Positions 1 through 12,550 of a stretch of DNA of 64,000 nucleotides are shown here, piece after piece (the first letter of the stretch is position 1; every line of letters begins with the position of its first letter). The position numbers and the translations under genes were made by a program. The notes beneath the pieces were generated by a model, which was given only the letters and a program-made list of their open reading frames with translations, was not told the origin of the DNA and searched no databases. The stretch covers positions 62,001-126,000 of the forward strand of contig MCFE01000135.1 in the NCBI GenBank assembly GCA_002104905.1, written 5' to 3'. The DNA comes from Basidiobolus meristosporus CBS 931.73. Lineage: Eukaryota; Fungi; Basidiobolomycota.

Positions 1-159
1 ACTGGATCCAGATACCTACTATTCTCATGTATTTTATATATGATCTTTAGTTACCAGTGGCTGGTCAGCAAAATAGTAGCCTTATTCTTCACCAGTTAAC
101 CTAGAGTTCTCTCTTCTGGACAAAGACTGTCAGGAAATAGCTGCACCATAAATATCATT

Positions 160-1690
160 GAAAACTTGGCCAAAATTTCTCATCACCACAATACAAAGTG
201 GCTTCTGATTGGTTTTCTGCCAATTTCTCTACTGTCTGATCCTAGTTACTATATCACCTTCTGCATTTGTCTGCATTGGCTGGCTGTTGCCTTTTTTTAT
301 AGTAATTATTTCCTGACCCCACTGTTTCTCTTACTTTCATGCATACAAACTGATTTATTTCTATTGAAACTTCAGTTGGACCTTAATTGCCAATTGTATT
401 TGCCTCTGCAGTTCCCTATACTATAGACTAATATTATGCTCAACCCCACACTCTATAAGCAATTCCATTAAAATCTACAACTCAATGAGTATTTTTGCTG
501 CAATGCTCTGTTTGTATGACTTTGGCAGGAACCCTATTGCTATAGTGTATAAGTGGCCTTTGATTGATTCTCTGTTAATTTGCTGACTTTATGATCCTGA
601 ACACTCTATCACCTCCTATGTTTGTGTGCATTGGTTGGCTATTACCTTTTTTTATAGTCTTTATTTCCTGACTCAACCATTTCTCTCACTTTTCATGCAT
701 ACAAATTGCTGTATTTCCATTGAAACTTCATTGTACCTCAATTGCTAATGATATTGACCTGTACAAGTCTCTATACCCTACACTAACATTAATCTTAACC
801 CCACACTCAACTATTAACTCCATTAAAATCCACCGCTCAATAACAATGTCTGCTGTAATGCTCTGGTTCCATAACTATCGCAGGTACCTTATGGCTTTAT
901 ACCACTGTTCATTCACTGATTCCCATACAACCTGGTCTTTAGCTGGCACTGCAAGCTCTACTTCCTCATCTATTATTCTTTGCAATAACTCCCTGCAATA
1001 TTTAAGTGTGTTATCTTGAGCACTGCTCTTGAAAAAGAGCTGCAACCTCTTGGTATGCCTATTAATGTTCCAAAACTCCAATGAAGGCATTGTGATAACC
1101 ATTTGAGTTCTTGACATTGTTACCTTGTCTGTCAGTGGAGTTACTACTCTGTCAACAATGGAGGATGTGGAGGCTGTGGTAAATAAATAGCTTTTCTATG
1201 CAAGCTTTTCTACCTCACTAAAGTGTAGCTCAACTAGCTGTGCTTCTGGCCCTTGTGTCAACAACTGTTTTCTTGTTAGTGATTCTTCTTGACTGTGGTA
1301 GGATTCAGTTTGTTCTGGGATTACAGCACTAATTGGCAAGAACTACAGGTTTTTCTCATGCCTCCCAGTCTCTGGCTTAGGTAGACTTCTTCTCCTTTGC
1401 CTTTTCCTTTATTACTGCCAGGTTTTTCACTGCTACTCTGTCTGAGTGCCTCTTGTTTTGAACCATGCTTTCTCCTTGGTAAATCCTGTTCTGATGCATC
1501 TGCCTTGGCCTGCTTATCCCTCTCTGGCACTCTCCAGGTAACCTGATGCTTCTTTCCTGCTAGTTTTGAGCTCTCAGCTCTTGCTGTGACAGGCTCCTGA
1601 GGTAACTGCATATTTTTATCACCACCAGGTCCTTCACTGCTACTTTGACCGAGTGTTTCCTGAGTAGTACTATGCTTTTTCCTTTGTAAG
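160..1690 (-). pseudogene. Decayed second ORF ('ORF-B') of the CACTA-like element, copy 1
   Basis: Fragments FWNINRHTKRLQLFFKS..NEQWYKAIRYL and QEALRQSSSEKPGSNKGKGKG recur at 3.8-7.4k (-), 15.5-17.2k (+) and 22.4-23.1k (+). Many stops. Confidence 0.7.
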
Positions 1691-1749
1691 TCTTGTGCTG
1701 GTGCATCTTTGCCTGGTCAAATCCAAATATTCAATGAGATAACATCTGG

Positions 1750-3700
1750 AGAAAAAATTCCAAGCAAATTTATGGAGTCAAGTGAGCACAGTAATCTGTC
1801 AACTGTTGAATGATGTGATGTTGTGACTAGAGAAGTGGTGTGCTTCCTATAATACCAGTAATGGGGGCTTTGAGGATTAATTTTTACTTCCTGCCAAATC
1901 AACCCAGGATGCAAGTTACCATATATGTGGTATAAATGGAAAACTGTCATGAGGTTGGAACATATAACCCTGTAACCATTATAATACCAGCCTGTGTTAA
2001 TAGTTGCACAGCATTCACATCAGAAAATGCCACCATTGCAAGTGGTCCAACTTGTCAGGAATCCAGCATTGTTGGGCAAAAACATTGTTTACACTCTGGA
2101 TATATTCCAGTAATACCCCGGATGAAGAGGTTCATGCAGCTTTAACATATATTGTAAAGCTATAGAGTAGTGCACTCAGTATTAATCAAAGGTAAACATA
2201 TCAGATATATCCAATGGCAAACATTGCTAACAGCTAAGAAGCAAGGGCTACTCTGAAGGTATGTATGACCTTGCCTTTGCCTTGTCATTTAATGGATTCT
2301 CATTGTACAAGTGCTCTACTAGCAGATCCTGATGGCAACCAATTTGCATCAATCTGAATCTGCCACCTATCTTACAGTATCAGAGCAAAAATTAGATGGT
2401 AGTCTTACTGGTATCTGGGCCTAAATCAACATTTAACCAGAGTAGCTACTTGTATCCATTGACCAATGAGTTTTGTATGTTTTCTGGTAGGATAACAGTA
2501 AATGGCTGTCATGTAAAAGTGCATATTACCATTGGCATTGGAGATACGCCAGCCATCAGCAAAATGATTGGCTTTTTCAGGTGCAATGAAAAGTATTGTG
2601 GTCAGTTTATGAGATCCAGGAGACTTACTTCATGACTCACGCACATTTATATTACCCAAAGACCAGCACTGAGATCAGCATCTTTCTGCACAAAGAACAT
2701 ACAGAAGTCAGCAGACAGTTGCTGCAAAGTTGTCAGGCTATAAGTCCTTGGCTGGAATATAGAATTTATTGAAAACAAGAGTCACTTGAGATAAAGAGTA
2801 TCTCTTTGAGCAAAAGCTTTCTGCTAAGAGCAATGCATTTGCTGATCAACAATATCCCTCAACAGATTACCAAGTAACACATGAATATTAAGCTAAATGA
2901 GCCCATTGGGATACTGGAGAAATTTGAAGGAATTGGTAAGATATTACACAGTATCTGCTACCCTAAGTACTTCGCACAGGCTCCAATAAACATTAATATG
3001 CATTTGCAACAATACAAGTATCACAACCTGGATGAACTGGATATGTAGTTATTTAAGTGGCTTCTGAAGGCATTTCCACCAAGAGTACATTGGAGTCCTT
3101 GGGAGTCATATGTGGACATTGTAGGAATATTTATCCAGAAGCAGATCACCAATGCCAACATGGCATATTTACAGCTTTTGTACAAAGAGTTTGTAACAAG
3201 ATTTGAGTATCTTTACCACAAACATAAAGCTGAATGCATGGATCTCTGCCACTACTGAATCCATTTGCTACTCAATCTGCTTAGTGTGTAGGGAATATTG
3301 AGCATTGCTTCACCTTTTGGGAGTTCCCTATAGTGCAGATTTGCAGGGATAGGAAAACAAGTTAAGTTGCAGGTACTACCAAATCCCAATCTCATCAACA
3401 ATATTACCATCAAGTCCATAATGGATGAGATGAGTTGGCATATGGAGGACAGCCAGGAATAGCTGGAAAATACTGAGAACAGATGTGTGCATGGAGACAC
3501 CTGTACCTATGACATTAAGATGTTAAGCAGCCCCAATGTGTGTGTAATTAGTTAAGTTATGCAAAGTTGGGTTGGGTGCATCAAGCAACTAATTTTTATT
3601 AGGAAAACTCTACCCAGGTACACCTGATTTCTCTGTCACAAGCCAATTTCTACACCATTAAAATATGGAATCCACACAACAAGAGCTAGAACGCACCTAT
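1750..3700 (+). mobile_element. Decayed CACTA/EnSpm Tnp2-family transposase, copy 1
   Basis: IIPACVNSC..YIPVIP and LVSGPKSTFNQSSYLYPL fragments; homologous to the reverse complement of 17.85-20.26k. Confidence 0.8.
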
Positions 3701-4379
3701 AAAAGGCCATCACAAATATGGTGTCCCATCACTGAGAGGTATTGACCTTGTCAGGACAGCATGCAAATACTGCTAAAAATAATTGTGCCCCCAATTTCAT
3801 AACAAACTTAGTCAAATCTTTTCATCACAATAATACAAACAAGGCTTTTGATTGTTTCTCTTCCAATTTTCTCACTTTATGATCCCAGACACTCTATCAC
3901 CTCCTACATTTGTGTGCATTGATAGGCTATTGCCTTTTGTTCATGCTCCTTTTTTCCTGACTCAAGCATTTCTCTTACTTTTCAACGATACAGATTGATT
4001 TATTTTTGTTGAAACCTCAGTTGTACCTCAATTGCTAATTGTATTTGCCTATACAAGTACCCATACCCTACACTTACATTGGGCCCAACCTCATACTCAA
4101 CAAGTAACTCCATCAAAATCCACCGCCAAGTAAGTATATCTGATGTAATGCTCTGTTTCCATGACTTTGGCAGGAACCCTATGGCTTTATGCTACTGTTC
4201 ATTCACTGGTTACAATATGTCCTGGTCTTCAGCCAGCACTGCAAGGTCTAGCACCTCATCTGCCAGTCTTTGTATTGAATCCTTGCAATATTCAAATGTG
4301 TTTTCTTGAGCACTGCTATTGAAGCAGTGCTACAACCTCTTGATGTGCTATTAATACTCCAAAATTCCACTGAAGGTAT

Positions 4380-4749
4380 TGCTGCAATTTACAAAGTGAT
4401 TTGGATATAAGGAACTTATCAAGATAAAGTGACAATAGTTGGACTGTTGTCTATTCATAAAGAGGATCAGTATTTATACCTTTGTAGCAGTAATACATCT
4501 GTAACACTAAGTAAGGAGGATTTCTTAACATTCAGGAGCATTCTGTAACAGTTTCAGGGTTAGTACATTTTGCTTGGTAAAAAGTGCTAACTTGGTCTTC
4601 ACTATAGCAGAATCATCATAGGATCATAGATGTGAAGAAACAGGCAAAGTTGGGGCTACAAATAGGTCCTACAGTTACCAAGACTAGTCTAGAACTGTTA
4701 AGTAAATTTTTAGCTGTCAAATGATACCAAAGAGTTAACTGTTTCAACA
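4380..4749 (-). mobile_element. Solo LTR, family A (Copia-like), 370 bp
   Basis: TG...CA ends; exact 5-bp TSD GGTAT (4375-4379, 4750-4754); reverse-complement homolog of 9687-10055. Confidence 0.85.
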
Positions 4750-5189
4750 GGTATTGTAATAATCTTTTGAGTTCTTGACCTTGTTACTTTGTCTTTTAGT
4801 AGGATCTCCACTCTGTCAGCAATGGTGGATGTGAAGGTTGTGGTAAATAAATTGTGTTTTCTGAAAACTCATCTATGCCACAGGAGTGTAGCTCAACTGG
4901 CTGTGCTTCCAACTCTTGTGAAAACAACTGTGATCTTGTTTGTAATTCTTCTTGGCTATGAAGGGACTCAGTCAGTTCCAGGCTTACAACACTGATTGGC
5001 AAGTGCTGCAGCTTTTTCTTGCACATCCTTGTCTCTTGCTTGTGTTGACTCTTTTTCCTTTACCTCTCCTTTTATCACTACCAGATCTTTTACTGCTACC
5101 TTGCATGAGTGCTTCTAGTATTAAACTACATTTTATCCTTACTAAATGCTGCTCTAATGCATATTTTTTGGCCTGCTTGTGCTTTGCGG

Positions 5190-6260
5190 TGTAGTGGGGT
5201 GACAGTGACACCCACTGACAGATGTGCTCATTCCCTTATTTTCCACTTCCCTATATCTCTACTACACTTATTTTAGTTTTATCCCATTTGTCTTACCCAA
5301 TCAGTACTATCCCATAAGCCGGTTGACTATCACACCTGCTTACCTTATTGCATAAGTTACCCCTCACTTGATGTAAGATTACTAGCTACAAGTGCTTCTA
5401 TATTAGGCAAGTACCTGCACCAGTACCCGTGACACATGATCAATTTGTGTCACCATCCCTACCATTTCCACACCATATATGGTATCCCCATGTTACACAA
5501 GTTTCAGAATACTGATTCCTGATTGGTTGGATGTGCTGTGCCTCTTAGAACCTTCCGGCACCTACTTAGAGCATTTGTAGGTCATTCTGATGTCATTAAG
5601 ATTTCTACTAATATGCAGAACCTTCTAGAACGCCATGATTAGTAATCACTTAGCAAGTGAGAAAAGTATATAAGGGAGGCTATCCCTCTACAATAAATCA
5701 TCATCCCTTTTATCAATATACCAACTTGTTGATTAGTGTGATCACTACTACCTGCTGCTACCTGAACTTCCAACCCTAGACCACAGGACACTCCCAGGAA
5801 ACCGCGCTGACAGCCAACTGACCTTGGAGGCACTACTTGTGAGGAATACTCAGAGTAGGTATCTTTTATTATATTTGATTCTTTCCCAAGTTTGTTCTTG
5901 TACAGGCAAAGATACTTTTCTGTCTTTGTAACTATTGACCACAGCTGCATTCTTATCAAGTCCCTGCTGGTGGAGTTTACAGTTGTTTTGACTTTGGAAG
6001 CTTTAGTACATTGTCATCTCAAAGGACGCTGAACCCAGCACATACTTTTGTTAAGACGCCAACTAAGTTGGGGATTGTAGCTCAATAGTTTTCCCTTGAC
6101 AATCTTGTGGCTTTATTCCCCTTCACATTAGATTAGAGACAGAACCCAAGTATTCCTAGCAAGCTTTTGCCAGAGGTTATTGCACCCAGTGAACACCCCA
6201 CACACAAAACACTTGAGAAGTGTTGGACGTATCTCTCCCTTGGACCTATACACCACCACA
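5190..6260 (+). mobile_element. 1071-bp solo-LTR-like insertion with 4-bp TSD
   Basis: Ends TGTAGTGG...CCACCACA; GCGG at 5186-5189 and 6261-6264; TATATAA near 5667 and AATAAA near 5692; host ORF-B resumes in register. Confidence 0.8.
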
Positions 6261-8081
6261 GCGGGCACTCTGCTGGTAACCTGATGCTTTTTTCCTGCTG
6301 GTTTGAAGCTCTCAGCCCATGGAGTGATGGGCTGCTGAGTTAGCTGCTTGTTTTTATCACTGCCAGGTCCTCCACCGCTGATTTGACTGAGTGTTTCTTG
6401 AGTAAAACTATGCTATTTCCCTAGTAAATGTTGTGCTGGCACATCTGTGTCCACCTGCTTTTCCTAATTGACACTTCTCCAGCTAGTTGATGTCTCTTTA
6501 ACACTTGTTTGGAGCCATTGGCCCTGCTTGTAATGGGCTATCAAAGAAGCAGCTAGCTTTTAGCCATTGCTCCCTTGTTCTTCTGCCTGTGATAGTCTCT
6601 GCTATCCTTAAGATACTTTTTTAGCATACCAATGCTGGCCCAAAATTCATTGCTTACTTGATTCCAGAACAATGCTCATGAGACAAGTTCAGTGCATTCA
6701 GCTTGGCCTTGAGTCCCTGATGGTCCTATGGTATGCTGGCCTTAAGGTGTTGGCATGCTAGACTCCTAACGGCCTCTTGAACATAAGCCCACTCCTCATC
6801 ATTGCACTCAAGGGCCTCATGATCATAAATGCATTTTGACTTTTAGGCTTTGGTTTGAACATTACATTTTCTCCCTCCCATGCTGTGATAGGTTTTTCTG
6901 TGGGCTTTATCTTTGAGCATTGTTGTTGTGCTTTAAAGACTCTCAGTGTTTTGCTGATGTGACATTGGGAAATGGCTCAATTCTTGGCTCTAACATTGAG
7001 CTACCTGAGTTCCTTCTTTGCAGCAATGATACTGCTTTTTCTACTCTGGATATTAAATGCACTACATTTTTATCTACTCATCCTGCTTCTAGACTTTTTC
7101 CTGATTTCTCAAGACCATTGCATCCATCCTATCAGCCACTGCACCTAAGTGCCCCATGATTGCCTTGGTATGAGCTGATAACATACTTGCAAATACAGGT
7201 GGTGGTGATGTTGTGATGGTCACTTGCTGGTCTTCAGCTGAAGGTGCTGTTTTTGCCTCATTCCAATTTGCCTCAGCATTATAGTGAGCTTACAGCTCTG
7301 CAGACATTCCCAATTGCTTACTTGACTGAGAGCTTGAGGAGTCTGCATTATAACCTTCAGTGGGCACATGGTCCACAGGATTTTTTTTGGCTTTAGTCCC
7401 ACCTGTTACACTGAATGTCAAAGCAAGCTGTTGTCCTACCTTTCTTCAGCTGCTGTCAGCAGTGGGGTTTGGTTAGGAGCCAGATAACTTTGCTTTATTT
7501 TATGGTGGCATATAAATGGAAGTGAGTAAAACCAAAGGGGAAATGGTGTTACATATATATGTGTATGTGGTGCCACAACTTTGCTTATAATACTTACCAA
7601 AGCAAGTCATAATTGAATCTTACATTCATGTAGGTGCAAAGTCTCAAATACAAGACTGTCCTACATTCACATGAGTATTGACAAAAGATTATAAAATAGC
7701 GTTATGTTGTTGAGTGTCAAACTGTTGGCCTATAGACAAGACTACTATGATTCAATGCCATAAGAGAAGAGAAAAAAGACTATATGGCTATTGTAGCAAA
7801 CCTCTCAGCCATGAAGCATGCAGAAAGCATAGGAAGTATTACAAGGATTACAACCAGTGTGTTGCCTCACAAGTCATATTTGACCATTTGCCAGTCACTC
7901 CTGTATCAACAATATCTTGCTAGCTACTTGATACTTCTATAATGGCACCTGGCAATACTTGTCACCTTGTGCAAACTGAGTTAAGTGAGTTTGTGATGCC
8001 TTTAGGCTCATCACAGCCTTCTGAATATGGCATGCTGAGCAATAGCTATGAAAAACTAGGCTTTTGTGTCCAAGAGAAAAG

Positions 8082-8660
8082 TGTAATAAAACTGTTGAAT
8101 GACTTAACTCAACCTTGGTATGAATAGACACAAGGCAGGAGAGTAGAGCTATGCAATGCAAAACCAGGAAAGGACTTGGGTGTGGAACAACAAGGCAACA
8201 TGTGTTTCCAAGCCAAGGTGGATTTCTAAGGCAAGGTTGTTTATTCAAGACCTGTGTTTATCAGACTGAGGAATATATAAGGGGGGATAAGACTATATGT
8301 ACTTGTGGCAATATGGATGCCAAGAGATATTGGCTAATACTGATAGGGTTCTGTGGTGAGGCACAGTAAGTGTGCCAAGATAGAAAATACTAATGAGCAT
8401 ACTGGAACATCACATGGAGATATGTCAGGGATCAACTGATCATGTGACTAGTTCAAGTGACAGGTGGTTACCATATACAACATGGGACTACATAAATTTC
8501 AATGGGAAGCTTCCATTGAATTTTTAATTGTGTAACATTGACTTGGAGCTTTCAAGAAGTTGCTAGAATGTAGTAAAACTTTCTAGACGGAACTGGGATT
8601 ACTTCACTGACTTGCTTTGGCTAGATAATCAGAGACCAGGAATGTCATGTGATCATGACA
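8082..8660 (-). repeat. 3' LTR of the Gypsy element (~580 bp)
   Basis: Starts TGTCATG directly after the polypurine tract GAAGAGGAGAGTAG (8661-8674, minus) and ends ATTACA; TATA and AATAAA on the minus strand. Confidence 0.7.
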
Positions 8661-8687
8661 CTACTCTCCTCTTCTGAGGGGCTCTCC

Positions 8688-11600
8688 TTAGGCTTTTGGC
8701 TTTGACTTGTTTGGGAATGTCTGGTGGAATAGTGCAACTAGATCTTGACAGTTTGTCAGGTTTGCTGCTGGTTCCCAAGTTTGATCATTTGGGCCATAAC
8801 CCACCCACACTACAAGAGAGCAAAGTTGGGATTTGATGTACTTTAAATCTAACACTTGCTGAACCTCAAACTCTTGGTGCTTATCCACTTGGATGGCTGG
8901 GAGATTTGCTGGGTGCAGGTTGGGTAGAGTGCTTTGATGGAATGGTTCTAGGAGAGATACATGGAATGTGTCATGAATTTTCATACTTGGTGGCAACTGT
9001 AGTTGGTACACAATTGGACTAAGTTTCTTCTTGATCTTTAATGGACCTAGTTTCTTGTAGTCTAATTTGTCACAAAGGCAGCTGGTAGCAGTGTTTCTTC
9101 TCAAGAGTCATACTGAATCTCCTTCATTAAGCTTGGGGCTAGGCCGCCATTTGTTGTCTGCAAACTTCTTGTCCCCCTCATGGGCTAAGGATAGTTCTTT
9201 TTTGGGTGTTTCTTGAATTTCTAGAATAGTTGACACATGTTCAGCTGCTAGGGGGCTCATAGGGTTGGTTGGGATCTGAATATCTAGTTGCAGATGGAAA
9301 CCATAATTTGCATAGAATGGAGTGAGACCAGTTGCACTAGGATATGAGTTGTTGTAGGCAAGTTCTGCAAGTGGTAGCAGTTGGGTCCAGTTGTCTTGCT
9401 GATAGTTAATATAACACTAGAGGCATTGTTCAAGGATCTGGTTAGTTCTCTCTGTCTGGCCATCTGACTGTGAATGAAAAGTAGTTGAGAGCTTGACTTG
9501 CACACCAAGATATTGCACAAAGTGTTTCCAGAATTTTGATATGAACTGGGGTCCTCTATCTGATACATTGTCACTGGGGATACCATGGAGCCAGAAAATG
9601 CTCTTGATAACTAAGTGAGCAGTCTCCTTAGCATCTATGTTCTTTGAGCAGGGAATGAAGTGTGTCATCTTGGTGAGCCAATCTGCTGTTGAAATATTGG
9701 ACTATTTGGTATCATTCAGCAGCTAAAAATTTACTTAACAATTATAGGCTAGTCTTAGTCACTGTAGGACTCATTTACTGCCTTAACTTTGCCACTTTCT
9801 CCAGATATATGATCTTATGATTATTCCCCTATAGTCAGGATCAAATTAGCACTATTACCAAACATTATGTACTAACCCTGAAACTGTTACAGAATGCTCC
9901 TGAATATTGAGAAACCCTCCCTACTTAGTGTTGCAGCTGTATTACTTCTACAAAGGTATAAATACTGAGCTTCTTTGTGAATAAACAACAGTTCAACTAT
10001 TATCACTATTTCTTGATAAGTTCCTTATATCCAAATCACTTCTTAAATTGCTACATCTGCCACTACTAAGATCAAATTTAATTAGTTGGATTCTGGAAGG
10101 TTGGTGATGAAGTCCATTGAAATTGACTTCCTTTGCTGGTCAAGGATTGGCAAGGGTTGGAGAAGTCCATATGGCTGGTGTCTAGCAGATTCTATATGGT
10201 TACATGTATCACAGGATAGGAGGTACTCCTTGATAAGAAGTATCTTCTTGGGCCACCAGAAGTCTCTCTTGATTGCATTCATGGTTCTGGCAGTACCAAA
10301 ATGTCCTGCAGCCATTGAATCATGGCAAGAATGGATGATATCCAACTGGGTATCAAGGTCTGGAACAAACAGTTTGTGCCTGTGGTCAATGATGTCATTG
10401 ACTAGATTTAGGTACTGGAGGCTTGGGAACTTAGGTGGTGGGTCAGTGGAGATTTGAGATATTTCTGGATTGTTGTGGCTATGGAACTGGTGGCTTGGCT
10501 GGTTTGACTTTCTCAAGGAGTGAGGAAGCAATAATACTGGAGGACTGGGTTGCAAGGAGCTCAAAGTGTCTTTTGTTGAGTACCAGGTTTTTCATTTGCT
10601 GTCAGGCATCATCCCCTTCTTCAAGGGAATACTCCACCTTTCTGGACAGGGCATCAGGTTATCCCTGTTTTAGACCTGGTCTTTAGGTGATGACAATGTC
10701 AAAGCTGGACAGGAAGAGGGACCATCTGGCTTGTCTCTGGCTTAGTACTTTTGAGGTGGTAAAGTATTCAAGGTTCTTGTGGTCACATAAGATCTTTATC
10801 TTTTGTGCTGCACCGTCAAGGTAGTGTCTCCATTGTTCAATTGCAACAATGATTGCTAGTTGTTACTTATCATAGATATCATAGTTTACTTCAGCTGGAG
10901 TAAATTTCTGGGAGTAGAATGCAGTAGGGTGTAGTGCATTCTTGTCATTGTGCTGAGAAAGGATTGCACCAAATGTAAAGTCAGAGACAGAAGTTTCTAT
11001 GATGAAAGGTTTCTCAAGGTCAGGGTGAGCAAGCAGAGAGCATACAGAAAGGATTTCTTGCTAGAATCAAGGAACTCAGACTGCTCCTCATTGCAGGCAA
11101 AGGGCAGATTCTTCTGGGTGAGCTTTGTCAAGGGAGTTACTATCTTGGAGTAGTTAGCAATAAACTTGCAATAGAAGTTGGCAAATTCAAGGAAGGACAG
11201 CGCTTCTTTACAGAACAGGGAGCTTTCTACAACTGGATGGCTTCTACTTTCTTAGGGTTCATTCTTGTTCCATTTGAGCTGATAAACTAACCTAAGAACT
11301 CAACATCTTTGTGTTCAAACTCACACTTCTCCTGTTTGGTATAGAGGCCAGCAGTGTCAAGTTTGGTCAAGACTTTTTTGACACAGAAGTCATATTCTTC
11401 TTGGGTCTTGGAGTAGATCAAGATATCATCAAGGTAGATAACCACAAATTGGTCAAGGTATTCACAGAATATGTCATTCATCAGGTGTTGAAATACAGCT
11501 GGGGCATTGGTGAGGCCAAATGGCATTACATTATATTCAAAGTGACCATATCTTGTTCTGAATGCAGATTTCCATTTGTCACCAGGCTTGATCCTGACAA

Positions 11601-12450
11601 GGTTATATGCACCTCTGAGGTCAATCTTAGTAAATACCTTGGCAGCAGAGAGTTGATCCAAAAGGGTGTTGATCAGTGGAAAAGGGTACCGGTTCTTGAT
11701 TGTGATCTTATTCAGTGCATGGCAGTCTACACATATTCTTAGGGTATTGTCCTTTTTTTTAACAAAGAGGATTGGAGCACCAGTTGGGGACTTAGAGTGC
11801 CAAATAAAATCTATCTGGAGGTTTTCTTGAATATAGCCATGGAGTTATTTCATCTTGGGGTGCAAGAGGATGTAAATAGGACCAAAAGGTGGGGCTTTTC
11901 CTTCTTTAAGGTCAATGGGGCAATCATAGGGCCTATGGGCTGAGAGTAGTTTGGCTTTCTTCTTGTCAAAGACATGGGCAAACTCTTAATACTTGGCAGG
12001 TATTTCATTGGAGGGGGTTCCTTCAGTGATGATGGGCTTCTGGGTCTGGGGTAGCATAGGAAAGGATACTTCTTTACCTGAAAAATCAAGTGGTTTAATG
12101 GAGTTGACATGGTGGATTCTGGGGAATGTCAGGATTTTGGTCTTGCAGTAGATAGCTGGGTTATGGTGACTACTCCATGAGCTTCCAAGGACTATGGAGT
12201 AGTGGGGAGAGTTGATGATGCTGAATGCTAGTGTCTTGTGGTGACCAGTACTGGACAGCTGGAGTAGACATGTCTCATGGGTAATAGCACCAGAAGAGAG
12301 GGACCTTCCATCAATAACTTCTACTTAGACAGGATAGGATTTCAGGACAGCAGAGATTTTGTGCTTCTGGACAAATAACTGGTCAATGAAACAGGAGGAA
12401 GCACTAGAATCTAGAGGGCAAGGACACAGACAGGGCTGGATTCAAGGAAG
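8688..12450 (-). pseudogene. Gypsy pol (protease, RT, RNase H, integrase, chromodomain), fragmented
   Basis: ORF fragments 11287-11661, 10082-10564, 9417-9668, 8688-9104 (FEVQQVL..LVVWVGYGPNDQTWEP); protease LDSSASSCF near 12.4k. Confidence 0.9.
9687..10055 (+). mobile_element. Solo LTR, family A (Copia-like), inserted in the Gypsy integrase
   Basis: TGTTGAAA...GCTACA ends; exact TSD TCTGC (9682-9686, 10056-10060); splits ILVVAD|WLTKMTHF; TATAAATA and AATAAA present. Confidence 0.88.
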
Positions 12451-12550
12451 TGGATGTTGACAGGCATTCTCAAGGACTGGATGGACTTGGTAGCGTATGA
12501 TGTTTCTTGTATGTGCTGGATTTTCATTGGAGGGTCCAGTTGCAAGCCTG

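Larger units (their letters stand above)
3780..8081 (-). mobile_element. CACTA-like element copy 2: ORF-B (minus), AT-rich spacer, and the start of the transposase ORF (plus, ~7940-8081)
   Basis: Homologous to 160-1690 and 15490-16900. Segment 7940-8050 matches the reverse complement of 20200-20290. Interrupted by two solo LTRs and cut by the Gypsy. Confidence 0.7.
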
